Assembly: GCA_016295145.1 (NCBI GenBank) | Contig: JAEDLR010000001.1 | Coordinates: 15,753-79,752 of the forward strand | Length of the DNA: 64,000 nt | DNA from: Oscillospiraceae bacterium | GTDB taxonomy: Bacteria; Bacillota; Clostridia; Oscillospirales; Ruminococcaceae | Reading direction: 5' to 3' | In this document: positions 46,313 to 55,616 of the stretch, piece after piece | Layout: every line of letters starts with the position of its first letter | Position numbering within the stretch: the first letter of the stretch is position 1 | The notes under the pieces: model-generated | The model's database searches: none | What the model saw: the letters and a program-made list of their open reading frames with translations, nothing else | What the model was told of the DNA's origin: nothing | Made by a program: the position numbers and the translations under genes

Positions 46313-46323
46313 GGAGGCATAGG

Positions 46324-46851
46324 ATGAATTGCAAAAAACAAATGCGGCTGTGCTTGCTGCCGATGCTTGCTGTGGTGCTGTATCTGTTGGTGACGGCATT
46401 GTGCAATCATTTTACCCTGCATAATTTCAAGCAGGCGGTGGATGCTGCAGGCGCGTTTGTCACGGATGTCACATCAGACGGCGAGGTCAGCGATGTGGAA
46501 GGCTACGGTGCAATTCTCAGCAGCATCGGTTATGTATTCGGCTCTGTTTTTTATGGTGTCGGTGCATTTTTGGCGGTGTGGGTGCCCGTTGCGATTGCAG
46601 CGGTCGGCGCATTTGGGGTGCTGGTGGCAAGGTTGCTGTATGCTCCCAATGGCGTGCGAATGGTGTTGTTTCGCATCCAGATGGTGCTGTTGTACCTGCT
46701 GTTTGGTGCGACCGCTGTCACAGTGCTGATATTCGTATTCAGCGTGGGCAATATCGGCATCATGATAAAAATAGCGCTGTTTGCACTGCCCATCCTTGCG
46801 GCGATTGCGTGCAGCGCGGTATGCTGCTTCCGCAAACCACTGGCAGGTTGA
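46324..46851 (+). CDS. Hypothetical small multi-TM membrane protein
   Basis: ATG 46324 follows GAGGAGG. About 4 hydrophobic segments. I recognise no family. Confidence 0.55.
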   Translation: MNCKKQMRLCLLPMLAVVLYLLVTALCNHFTLHNFKQAVDAAGAFVTDVTSDGEVSDVEGYGAILSSIGYVFGSVFYGVGAFLAVWVPVAIAAVGAFGVLVARLLYAPNGVRMVLFRIQMVLLYLLFGATAVTVLIFVFSVGNIGIMIKIALFALPILAAIACSAVCCFRKPLAG

Positions 46852-46912
46852 CAGAGAACCCATGAGATTCGCGGCAGATTTTGCATCAATTGCGCAAAAA
46901 TGAAAAAAATGC

Positions 46913-46941
46913 TTGCAATTTCATATGGATTGTGATATAAT
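46913..46941 (+). promoter_or_regulatory. SigA promoter with extended -10 upstream of rplS
   Basis: TTGCAA (46913-46918), 17-nt spacer ending TGA, TATAAT (46936-46941). Confidence 0.6.
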
Positions 46942-46947
46942 AGTACA

Positions 46948-47132
46948 GCGTTTGAGCGTCCGCCGGTTCCTTGCCGGCGAGAGTCAATTGCGGTGTGTGC
47001 CTCATGCGGTGCATGGGCATACGCACAAGTATTACGACATGGACGGTCCGCTGGTACGGCGTGCAGAATACATCTGCGCAGATGATTGCCGTGCGAATGA
47101 ACGCCCGTAAACAATCAAAGGAGGATATTCCC
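46948..47132 (+). promoter_or_regulatory. Long structured 5' leader of rplS (candidate r-protein autoregulatory leader)
   Basis: About 185 nt lie between the predicted start site and the ATG. Several GC-rich hairpins are visible: CGCCGG/CCGGCG; GUGUGUGCC-U-CAUGC-GGU-GCAUG-GGCAUACGC; GUGCAG/CUGCGC competing with CAUCU-GCGC-AGAUG. Confidence 0.45.
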
Positions 47133-47477
47133 ATGAACGCTTTGGAGCAAATCAGCAAGTCCAGCATGAAGGAGAATGTGCCTGAACTCAACATCGGTGA
47201 TACCGTTAAGGTTCATGTGCGCATCAAGGAAGGCGACAAGAGCCGCATTCAGGTTTTTGAGGGTACCATCATTGCCAAGAAGCACGGTGGCATCAACGAG
47301 ACCTTTACCGTCCGCCGCGTTGCGCACGGCTGTGGTATTGAGCGTGTATTCCCCGTTCACTCTCCCTCTGTTGACAAGGTAGAGATCGTCCGCAAGGGCG
47401 TTGTGCGCAGAGCAAAGCTCTACTACCTGCGCGGCAGAGTCGGTAAGGCTGCCAAGGTCAAGGCACAGGTACACTGA
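47133..47477 (+). CDS. rplS: 50S ribosomal protein L19
   Basis: Canonical L19 sequence ([32 protein letters not shown]...). ATG follows AAAGGAGG. Confidence 0.95.
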   Translation: MNALEQISKSSMKENVPELNIGDTVKVHVRIKEGDKSRIQVFEGTIIAKKHGGINETFTVRRVAHGCGIERVFPVHSPSVDKVEIVRKGVVRRAKLYYLRGRVGKAAKVKAQVH

Positions 47478-47490
47478 TTGCAAACAGGCG

Positions 47491-47517
47491 AAAGGGGGGC
47501 AGCCATGCCCCTTTTTG
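47491..47517 (+). terminator. Terminator after rplS
   Basis: GGGGC (47496-47500) pairs with GCCCC (47507-47511), extended by A/G-U pairs, followed by TTTTT. Confidence 0.6.
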
Positions 47518-47548
47518 CTTTATCCGCATAGTAAGGATGTGATTTTTG

Positions 47549-48220
47549 ATGGCGGAGAATACCAAGCCGATGGAGTCGGAGCAGACGCAGCAGACCAAGG
47601 AGAAGGCAAAGTCCACGCCGCTTTCCATTTTATACGATTTTCTGGATATGGTGGAGTCGGTACTGATCTCCTGCTTTGTTGTGATGCTGCTGTTCGGCTT
47701 TGTGCTGCGTCCGGTTAAGGTGGATGGCTCCTCAATGGTGCCGACACTGTACAATATGGATCAACTGTTGATGATCAGCTTATTCTATCAGCCTGCTTAC
47801 GGCGATATCGTTGTCATCAACGGCGATTACGCCACGCTGTTTTCTGATGCAGAACAGACTGTACCCTATGAGACGCAGGGTACCGATATCAACCTTGTCA
47901 AGCGCGTGATCGCGACCGGAGGGCAAACCATTGATATCGACTTTGACACGGGAAATATCACCATCGACGGCGAGTTGCTGGATCAGTCTTTTATCACGCT
48001 GAAGCCGACGCGCAACGAAGGTGCATTTACATACCCCATGACCGTGCCTGAGGGCTATTGCTTTGTCATGGGCGATAATCGTAACGGCAGTATGGACAGC
48101 CGCCACCCATCCGTGGGTTTGATTTCCGAAGATCAGGTGCTGGGGCATGTTGTGCTGCGCTACGGCAGAGACGACGAACACTGCCGTCAGTGGACGGATC
48201 GTTTCGCTGTTTACAACTGA
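47549..48220 (+). CDS. lepB: Signal peptidase I
   Basis: GSSMVPTL (catalytic Ser box), KRVIATGGQ (Lys box), GDNRNGSMDSR. One TM anchor. Confidence 0.9.
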   Translation: MAENTKPMESEQTQQTKEKAKSTPLSILYDFLDMVESVLISCFVVMLLFGFVLRPVKVDGSSMVPTLYNMDQLLMISLFYQPAYGDIVVINGDYATLFSDAEQTVPYETQGTDINLVKRVIATGGQTIDIDFDTGNITIDGELLDQSFITLKPTRNEGAFTYPMTVPEGYCFVMGDNRNGSMDSRHPSVGLISEDQVLGHVVLRYGRDDEHCRQWTDRFAVYN

Positions 48221-48238
48221 ACATAAGGAGAACGCCCC

Positions 48239-49210
48239 ATGGCAATTAGAAATACAGAGCAGGATGCTGCGCCTGAGCGTTCCGCAACGGGTGAAGTATT
48301 GGCAAATGAGGCTGCAACACCTGCGGAGGAGACCGCCATTACAGTGGTGAACCCTGCATCCGCAGAGGAGAGCGCTGCGGCAGAGGCTGTGACTGTTGCA
48401 CCCGAACAGGAGCAAAGAGAGGATCAAACAAACAGCACAAATGATACTGACAGCGCGAGTGATACAGACAGCACAGTGGTGAAAGACAGTGTAAACGATA
48501 CAGATACTGCAGAAGTCTCCGTGCAGGAGGCGGAGGAAGCACCTTCTGAAGCACCGGTAGAAGCGGAACAAGCAGCCGATGCCGCTGATGCTACGGAGAA
48601 AACTGCAAAGCAGCCCATAGGCGAGCGTATTCCGGCAGCGGTGAAAGACACCCTCTTTGATGTGCTGGATACCTGTGAATCGGTGGTGATCGCCATGTTT
48701 ACCGTGCTGCTGATCTTTACCTATCTGTTCAGTGTGGCAGTGGTGGAGGGCGATTCCATGCTGCCAACCTTGCACGATGCCGACCGTCTGCTGCTGATGA
48801 ATTTTGCGGATCCCGAACCGGGCGATATCGTTGTGCTCAACAGCGAGTATGCCTATACCTTTGACGAAAACGGCGCGCTGCAATCGGGAAGTGGTTTGGG
48901 GAAGCGGATTGTCAAGCGTCTGATTGCCACTGAAAATCAGACCGTAGATATTGATTTTGCCGCGGGTATCGTCTATGTGGACGGCATACCGCTTTCCGAA
49001 CCGTACACCAGTACACTTACCACAAGGGATGAGGGCGCGTTTACTTATCCCATTACTGTGCCGGCGGGCTATGTGTTCGTGCTGGGCGATAACCGCAGCA
49101 TCTCCAAGGACAGCCGTCACCCTGATGTGGCACTGATTCCGGAAGAGGATATTGTGGGCAAGGTGTGGCTGCGCGTGTATCCTTTTGATGATTTTATGGC
49201 AGTGAACTGA
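48239..49210 (+). CDS. Signal peptidase I paralog with an approximately 150-aa acidic low-complexity N-terminal extension
   Basis: GDSMLPTL, KRLIATENQ, GDNRSISKDSR. The N-terminus is rich in E/D/A/T/S before the TM anchor. Confidence 0.85.
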   Translation: MAIRNTEQDAAPERSATGEVLANEAATPAEETAITVVNPASAEESAAAEAVTVAPEQEQREDQTNSTNDTDSASDTDSTVVKDSVNDTDTAEVSVQEAEEAPSEAPVEAEQAADAADATEKTAKQPIGERIPAAVKDTLFDVLDTCESVVIAMFTVLLIFTYLFSVAVVEGDSMLPTLHDADRLLLMNFADPEPGDIVVLNSEYAYTFDENGALQSGSGLGKRIVKRLIATENQTVDIDFAAGIVYVDGIPLSEPYTSTLTTRDEGAFTYPITVPAGYVFVLGDNRSISKDSRHPDVALIPEEDIVGKVWLRVYPFDDFMAVN

Positions 49211-49247
49211 TGCTGCTACTGCCCTTTATCGCAGAAACGGAGCTTAT

Positions 49248-50195
49248 ATGGAGGATATGAAGGATATCCAGTGGTTTCCGGGACATATGGCGAAAACACG
49301 GCGCATGATACAGAAAAGTCTGCCGCTGGTGGATGCCGTTGCCGAGCTTCTGGATGCCAGACTGCCGCTGAGCAGCCGAAACCCCGAATTTGACCGTCTG
49401 ACACGCCGCAAACCAAGGCTTGTCATACTGAATAAAGCCGATATGGCTGACCCCGTGCTGACACAGCAGTGGGTAGAATACTATCAAAAGCGCGGTGCAG
49501 CCGTTATTACCGCCGATTCCAAATCGGGAAAGGGCGTGAAAAGCTTTGCACCGGCATTGCGCCGTTTGCTTGCACCCCAGCTTGCCAAATATGAGGCAAG
49601 GGGCATGAAGGGCAGGCCAATCCGCGTGATGATCCTGGGGATACCCAATGTGGGCAAATCGTCGCTGATTAACCGTCTGGCAGGCGGCAAGCGTGCCAAA
49701 GCAGAGGACAGGGCAGGTGTTACACGGGTACAGCAGTGGATCAAGATTGATGGTGGCGTGGAGCTGCTGGATACCCCTGGCGTGCTTTGGCCGAAACTGG
49801 AGGATCAGGAGGTTGCCTGCCGTCTGGCATTTACAGGTGCCGTTCGCGATGAGGTGCTGGATACTGAGGCACTGGCGGCACGGTTGCTGGTGTTTCTGCA
49901 TCAGCAGTACCCCAAGGCTCTGGAGGAGCGTTACCGCATCGCGCCGGATTGCACCTATGAAACAGGCTTTGCGCTGTTGGAGCAAATGGCAAAAAATCGC
50001 GGGATGTTGCTTTCCGGCGGTGTGCCCAATACCGAACGCGCTGCCATTGCGGTGATTGATGAATTCCGTGGGGTTAAGCTGGGGCGGATTACACTGGAGC
50101 GTCCCGAAGATCAGCGGACACCGCAGACAGCATCGCAGCAGAATGGAGTGGATCATGGCAAAAAAGCCTCTGACGGTGCAGACGGCACTGTTTGA
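49248..50195 (+). CDS. rbgA: Ribosome biogenesis GTPase A (YlqF/RbgA)
   Basis: IQWFPGHMAKTRR and circularly permuted GTPase motifs (NKADM ... GIPNVGKSSLIN). Confidence 0.9.
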   Translation: MEDMKDIQWFPGHMAKTRRMIQKSLPLVDAVAELLDARLPLSSRNPEFDRLTRRKPRLVILNKADMADPVLTQQWVEYYQKRGAAVITADSKSGKGVKSFAPALRRLLAPQLAKYEARGMKGRPIRVMILGIPNVGKSSLINRLAGGKRAKAEDRAGVTRVQQWIKIDGGVELLDTPGVLWPKLEDQEVACRLAFTGAVRDEVLDTEALAARLLVFLHQQYPKALEERYRIAPDCTYETGFALLEQMAKNRGMLLSGGVPNTERAAIAVIDEFRGVKLGRITLERPEDQRTPQTASQQNGVDHGKKASDGADGTV

Positions 50196-50787
50196 ATTTG
50201 ACGCCGATGTGCGCACCCATGTGCCTGTGTTCTGCGGCGTGGATGAAGCAGGCAGAGGGCCTCTGGCAGGCGATGTGTATGCGGCAGCCGTGATTTTGCA
50301 GCCCGATGCACGCATTGCAGGGCTCAACGATAGCAAAAAGATTCCCGAAGCGCGCCGCGAGGATATGGTTGCCGAGATCAAGGAAAAATCTGTGGCGTGG
50401 TCGATTGCATTTGCAACGGTAGAGGAGATCGAGCGGCTGAATATTCTGCAGGCGACCATGCTTGCCATGCGCCGTGCGGTGGAGGGGCTGGCGGTTGCTC
50501 CGCAGCTTGCCCTGATTGACGGAAACCAAGTGCCGGATTTGCAGATTCCTACACAATTCCTGATCGGCGGCGATGCAAAATCTGCAAGCGTTGCGGCCGC
50601 CTCTGTGCTGGCGAAAACCGCCAGAGATGCCACTTTGCGCGAACTGGATACGCGCTACCCCATGTACGGCTTTGCGAAGCATAAGGGTTACGGCACCAAG
50701 GCGCACTACGATGCCATTCGCCAATATGGGATGTGCCCTGCCCACCGTCCCTCATTTTTGAAGAAATTCTATGGCAACGAGCAATAA
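50155..50787 (+). CDS. rnhB: Ribonuclease HII
   Basis: GVDEAGRGPLAGDVYAAAV and DSKK motifs. Start at ATG 50155 overlaps the rbgA 3' end. Confidence 0.9.
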   Translation: MAKKPLTVQTALFEFDADVRTHVPVFCGVDEAGRGPLAGDVYAAAVILQPDARIAGLNDSKKIPEARREDMVAEIKEKSVAWSIAFATVEEIERLNILQATMLAMRRAVEGLAVAPQLALIDGNQVPDLQIPTQFLIGGDAKSASVAAASVLAKTARDATLRELDTRYPMYGFAKHKGYGTKAHYDAIRQYGMCPAHRPSFLKKFYGNEQ

Positions 50788-51136
50788 GCGCGCCATTGGC
50801 AATATCGGGGAGGAGGCTGTTTGCCGATTCTTGGAGCAAAAGGGCGCAGAGATCCTTTGCCGCAATTATACAATCCGCGGCGGAGAAATTGATATCATTG
50901 CGCAGTATGGCGATATGCTGCTGTTTGTAGAGGTCAAAACCCGTCAACCCCATGCGCTGCAATCGGGGGCGGCAGCGGTGGATCTTCGTAAGCAGCAGTG
51001 TGTGAGACGCACCGCGGAGCAATATCTGCTGAAGTTGGCGCAGCCTCCTGCACAAACGCGGTTTGATGTGGCAGAGGTAGAGTACGCAGGGCATACGGTG
51101 CATCGGATACGATATATTCCGGGGGCGTTTTATTGA
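50771..51136 (+). CDS. YraN family (UPF0102) endonuclease-like protein
   Basis: GEEAVCRFLEQKGAEILCRNYTIRGGEIDIIA...FVEVKTR is family-typical. Follows rnhB as in many Firmicutes. Confidence 0.85.
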   Translation: MATSNKRAIGNIGEEAVCRFLEQKGAEILCRNYTIRGGEIDIIAQYGDMLLFVEVKTRQPHALQSGAAAVDLRKQQCVRRTAEQYLLKLAQPPAQTRFDVAEVEYAGHTVHRIRYIPGAFY

Positions 51137-51227
51137 CTCCTGCACGAAACTGGCGGCGAGGCGGTCTGCCATATGGACAAGAATAAACAAAAAAACGAAG
51201 CGAAAGCTTCGATAGGAGGAAAATACC

Positions 51228-52724
51228 ATGTTGTACCACAGCACAAGAAACCGTGCGCTTTCCGTGACCAGCGCAGAAGCCATTGCACAGGGCATTGCCG
51301 CCGATGGCGGTTTGTTCGTGCCAGAGTCGATTCCGGAACTTTCTGCCGCAGATTTTGAGTCCCTCAAGGGGCTTTCCTACGCAGAACGCGCCGCACGGAT
51401 CTTCCATTTGTATCTTACAGATTTTACGCTGGATGAATTGCGTGAGTGTACCACCGCTGCATATGCAAGCGGCAATTTTGAAACCGAAAATGTACAGGAG
51501 ATCTCCACGCTTGCTGACGGTACCATGCTGTTGGAACTGTGGCACGGCCCCACCTGCGCCTTTAAAGATATGGCATTGCAGATTCTGCCCCATTTTCTTA
51601 CCCGTTCTGCGAAAAAAAGCGGTGTAGACCGTGAGATCGTTATTCTGACGGCAACTTCCGGCGATACGGGCAAGGCGGCACTAGCAGGCTTCAAGGATGT
51701 GCCCGGCACGCGTATTCTGGTGTTTTATCCCGAAGATGGCGTCAGCTCCATGCAAAAGCGTCAGATGCAGACTCAAGAGGGCGAAAATGTCGGTGTGTGT
51801 GCTGTAAAGGGCAATTTTGATGATTGCCAGAACGGTGTTAAGGCGATTTTTACGGATCCCGGGATGCAGGCAGCCCTTGCCGCAAACGGGATGCAGTTCT
51901 CCAGTGCCAATAGCATCAACTGGGGCAGATTGGCACCGCAGATCGTATACTATGTGTCCGCTTATGTGACCATGCTGGAAAAAGGCATTCTCAAGCCCGG
52001 CGAGCGTTTTGCGCTGACCGTGCCCACAGGCAACTTCGGCAACATTCTGGCTGCCTGGTATGCAAAGCAGATGGGCGTTCCCATGCAGCATCTGGTTTGT
52101 GCATCCAATATCAACTGCGTGCTCAGCGATTTCATTGGCACGGGCACTTATAACCGCAACCGCGATTTCCATGCAACGGTATCTCCCTCCATGGATATTC
52201 TCATTTCCAGTAATTTGGAGCGTTTGCTCTATCACATGACCCACGAGGACGATGCCCAGATCCGTGCGTGGTTTGGCGCGTTGAAATCGGAGGGCAGCTA
52301 TACCGTTTCTGCAGAGCTGCGCAACCGCATTCAGGCGGAGTTTTCGGGCAGCTTCTGGGACGATGCCCAGACCAAGGATATGATCGGCAAGGTGTTCGGT
52401 GAAAACGGCTATCTCAGCGATACCCATACAGCCGTTGGCATCTGTGCTGCAAGAGCCTATCAGGCAACGGCTGCCGACAAGCTTCCCATGTTGGTGGCAT
52501 CTACCGCAAACCCCTATAAGTTCGGCAATGCCGTGCTGGAGGCAATTGATACGGTTCCTGCTGATGCCGATGAGTATGCTGTTCTGGATCTGTTGCAGGC
52601 AAAATCGGGCATGGGCATTCCAAAAGCACTGGCTGAGCTGAAAACCAAGCCTGTCCGCTTCACCGATTCCGTTGAACAGGAGGCCATGGCAGATTATGTG
52701 AAGGCGAAGCTGGGAATCGCATGA
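51228..52724 (+). CDS. thrC: Threonine synthase
   Basis: YHSTR N-terminus, PLP lysine context PTCAFKD, about 498 aa. ATG follows AGGAGGAA. Confidence 0.9.
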   Translation: MLYHSTRNRALSVTSAEAIAQGIAADGGLFVPESIPELSAADFESLKGLSYAERAARIFHLYLTDFTLDELRECTTAAYASGNFETENVQEISTLADGTMLLELWHGPTCAFKDMALQILPHFLTRSAKKSGVDREIVILTATSGDTGKAALAGFKDVPGTRILVFYPEDGVSSMQKRQMQTQEGENVGVCAVKGNFDDCQNGVKAIFTDPGMQAALAANGMQFSSANSINWGRLAPQIVYYVSAYVTMLEKGILKPGERFALTVPTGNFGNILAAWYAKQMGVPMQHLVCASNINCVLSDFIGTGTYNRNRDFHATVSPSMDILISSNLERLLYHMTHEDDAQIRAWFGALKSEGSYTVSAELRNRIQAEFSGSFWDDAQTKDMIGKVFGENGYLSDTHTAVGICAARAYQATAADKLPMLVASTANPYKFGNAVLEAIDTVPADADEYAVLDLLQAKSGMGIPKALAELKTKPVRFTDSVEQEAMADYVKAKLGIA

Positions 52725-53410
52725 GCCTGTTTGTCATCGGTGACCTGCATTTGTCGTTCGGCACCGATAAACCGATGGATATCTTCGGCGGTTGGGAAAA
52801 TCACCATGGGATGCTGCAAAAGGCGTGGCTCCAAACGGTTCACGCGGATGATACCGTTGTACTGGCAGGTGATACCTCCTGGGGCATGACCATGGAAGAA
52901 GCACTGCCCGATTTCCAGTGGATTCACGAGTTGCCGGGGCGTAAAATCATTTTAAAGGGCAACCACGATTACTGGTGGACGACCGTGACCAAAATGAACC
53001 GCTTCTTTGAGGAAAACGGTCTGGATAGCCTGCATCTGCTGCATAATAATCACTATGCCTATGAGGCGTACGGCATTTGCGGCACACGGGGCTGGGTGAA
53101 TATGGATCATGACGAGCCTGCCAACGCAAAGGTCAATGCGCGGGAGGCACAGCGGCTGGAAGTATCGGTGACATCTGCTGAGACAGCAGGACTAAAACCC
53201 ATCGTGTTCCTGCATTATCCGCCCATATATGGGGCAAGCTGCAACTATGAGATGCTCGATGTATTGTGGAAGCACCATATCACCCATTGCTACTACGGCC
53301 ATGTACACGGCAGCAGCCATCGCCATGCCATTAACGGCATGAGAGAGGATGTTTGTTACCATTTGATTTCAGGTGATTTTTTACAGTTTTCACCAGAAAT
53401 TGTTCTTTGA
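52721..53410 (+). CDS. Metallophosphoesterase family protein
   Basis: GDLHL, AGDTSW, GNHDYWW, HYPP motifs. The start overlaps the thrC stop (ATGA). Confidence 0.8.
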   Translation: MSLFVIGDLHLSFGTDKPMDIFGGWENHHGMLQKAWLQTVHADDTVVLAGDTSWGMTMEEALPDFQWIHELPGRKIILKGNHDYWWTTVTKMNRFFEENGLDSLHLLHNNHYAYEAYGICGTRGWVNMDHDEPANAKVNAREAQRLEVSVTSAETAGLKPIVFLHYPPIYGASCNYEMLDVLWKHHITHCYYGHVHGSSHRHAINGMREDVCYHLISGDFLQFSPEIVL

Positions 53411-53553
53411 TTTGTAAGAATCCATGAAGTGTACGAAAATACTGGAAAAATCATTGAAATCGTGCTATAATAACAGGGTATCTGTGCAGAAAAATCAACG
53501 CGTTTTGTGCGCGCTCTGCACATTCGTTGAAAATGCATTTTGGAGGAATTATC

Positions 53554-54906
53554 ATGCGTATCGTTTCCGATGTAAAAACCGATATCAATATGAGAGAAGT
53601 TACTTTCGAGATCTCCGCTGAGGCTCTGGAGGGCGCTTGCGAGCGCGTGTATCAGCGCCAGAAGAAGGATATCCTGATTAAGGGCTTCCGTAAGGGTAAG
53701 GCTCCCCGTAAGATGGTGGAGAAGATCTACGGCGAGGAAGTGTTCTTTGAGGACGCAGTCAATATGCTGCTGCCTGCTGAGCTGGATCAGATGGTGACCG
53801 AGCTGGGGCTGACTCTGGTTGACCGCCCTGCGATCGAACTGGTTTCCTGCACCAAGGCTGAGGGTGCTGTCTGCAAGGCGACTTGCATCACCAAGCCTGA
53901 GGTTGAAATCAGCGCGTACAAGGGCATTCATGCGCCTATGGTTGTACATGAGGTGACCGATGAAGATATCGACCAGCAGATTGAGATCTTCCGCCAGCGT
54001 CAGGCTCGTATCGTTGAGGTGACCGACCGCGCTGCCGAAAACGGCGATGAGGTCAAGATCAACTTTGAGGGCTTTATTGATGATGTGGCATTTGAAGGCG
54101 GCAAGGGCGAGGAGTATCCCCTGCGTCTGGGTAGCGGTCAGTTCATCCCCGGCTTCGAGGAGCAGATCATCGGCCACAATATCGGCGAGCAGTTTGATAT
54201 CACTGTTACCTTCCCTGAAAGCTATGGCGATGAGCGTTATGCGGGCAAGGAGGCAGTGTTCAAGATCGAGTTGCTGGCAATCTCCATGCAGGAGCTGCCC
54301 GATGCAGACGATGAACTGGCAAAGGATGTTTCCGATTTTGACACGATGGAGGCATTGCGCGCAGATATTCGCGGGAAGATGACCGAGACCGCACAGAAGC
54401 AGGCGGAGAATCAGTTTGAGAGCGCGGTGTTCGATACCCTGATCGCAGCCACCGATGCTGCTGTTCCCTCTGTGATGTACGAGCGTCGCATCAGCCAGAT
54501 GGTGCGCGATTTCGAGCAGAATCTGCGCAGACAGTACAATGACATGACCCTCGCAGATTATCTCTCCTACACCGGCATGACCGAGCAGCAGATGAGAGAT
54601 ACTTACGAAGAGCAGGCCCGCAAGGAAGTACTGCTGCGTCTTGCACTGGAGAAGATTGCTGATCTGGAGGGCATCGAGGTTTCCGATGAGGAACTGGAGG
54701 ACGGCCTCCAGGACTTCGCAGCAAAGGTCGGCGTTTCCTTGGAAGTTGTCAAGGCACAGATTCCCATGGCAGACTTCAAGCTGGATATGCGCGTGACCAA
54801 GGCAGTAGAACTGGTGAAATCCAACGCTGTTGTTGACAATGATATGGCACCTGCTGCTGAGGAGGCTCCTGCCGAGGAGACTGCTGAGGCAACAGACGCT
54901 GAGTAA
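53554..54906 (+). CDS. tig: Trigger factor
   Basis: Ribosome-binding motif GFRKGKAP, central FKBP-like PPIase region, acidic C-terminus. ATG 53554 follows TGGAGGAA. Confidence 0.9.
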   Translation: MRIVSDVKTDINMREVTFEISAEALEGACERVYQRQKKDILIKGFRKGKAPRKMVEKIYGEEVFFEDAVNMLLPAELDQMVTELGLTLVDRPAIELVSCTKAEGAVCKATCITKPEVEISAYKGIHAPMVVHEVTDEDIDQQIEIFRQRQARIVEVTDRAAENGDEVKINFEGFIDDVAFEGGKGEEYPLRLGSGQFIPGFEEQIIGHNIGEQFDITVTFPESYGDERYAGKEAVFKIELLAISMQELPDADDELAKDVSDFDTMEALRADIRGKMTETAQKQAENQFESAVFDTLIAATDAAVPSVMYERRISQMVRDFEQNLRRQYNDMTLADYLSYTGMTEQQMRDTYEEQARKEVLLRLALEKIADLEGIEVSDEELEDGLQDFAAKVGVSLEVVKAQIPMADFKLDMRVTKAVELVKSNAVVDNDMAPAAEEAPAEETAEATDAE

Positions 54907-54930
54907 GCCGAAATCCATATACCAGACATT

Positions 54931-54956
54931 GAGCGACGCTGTTTACGGCGTCGCTC
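54931..54956 (+). terminator. Hairpin between tig and clpP (weak T-run; possibly a partial terminator)
   Basis: GAGCGACGC (54931-54939) pairs with GCGTCGCTC (54948-54956). The downstream sequence ATCTTGAAT is only modestly U-rich. Confidence 0.45.
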
Positions 54957-54981
54957 ATCTTGAATGAAAGGAAGAACGAGA

Positions 54982-55572
54982 ATGAGCCTTGTCCCAACCG
55001 TCATTGAACAAACAGGCCGTGGCGAGCGCGCCTATGATATTTTCTCACGCCTGCTCAATGACCGTATCATTATGCTCTCGGAAGATGTCAACGACACCAC
55101 CGCAAGCCTGGTTGTCGCACAGTTGCTGTTTCTGGAGAGCCAGGATTCTGAAAAGGATATCTCTCTGTATATCAACAGCCCCGGCGGTTCTGTGACTGCC
55201 GGTATGGCGATCTACGATACCATGCAGTATATCAAATGCGATGTTTCTACCATCTGCATCGGTCTGGCAGCGTCCATGGGCGCATTTTTGTTGGCGGCAG
55301 GTGCCAAGGGCAAGCGTATGGCACTGCCCAACAGCGAGATCATGATTCATCAGCCGCTGATTATGGGCGGCGGGCTTTCCGGTCAGGCGACCGATATCAA
55401 GATCCGCACGGATAATCTGCTGCGCACCAAGGATAAGCTCAACCGTATGCTTGCCGAGAATACCGGAAAGCCCCTTGAGGAAATCCAGCGTGATGTAGAG
55501 CGCGATTACTTTATGACCGCAGCAGAGGCACAGGCTTACGGCCTGATTGACAAGGTTGTTGCCAAGCGGTAA
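54982..55572 (+). CDS. clpP: ATP-dependent Clp protease proteolytic subunit
   Basis: Canonical ClpP sequence ([38 protein letters not shown]). Confidence 0.95.
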   Translation: MSLVPTVIEQTGRGERAYDIFSRLLNDRIIMLSEDVNDTTASLVVAQLLFLESQDSEKDISLYINSPGGSVTAGMAIYDTMQYIKCDVSTICIGLAASMGAFLLAAGAKGKRMALPNSEIMIHQPLIMGGGLSGQATDIKIRTDNLLRTKDKLNRMLAENTGKPLEEIQRDVERDYFMTAAEAQAYGLIDKVVAKR

Positions 55573-55616
55573 GCGTTTCTCCCCCCCCTCCCTCCCACAT
55601 GAAAGGAAGACAATCT

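Noticed and set aside
46913-47110. 65-aa ORF inside the rplS leader. Similar intergenic ORFs occur at 56988-57188 (clpX-lon spacer), 61568-61789 and 61705-61890 (GH5-SASP spacer), 53424-53621 and 51173-51358.
   Set aside because: They begin within predicted promoter elements, or span terminators or the starts of real genes. They have no SD site and Cys/His/Arg-rich composition.
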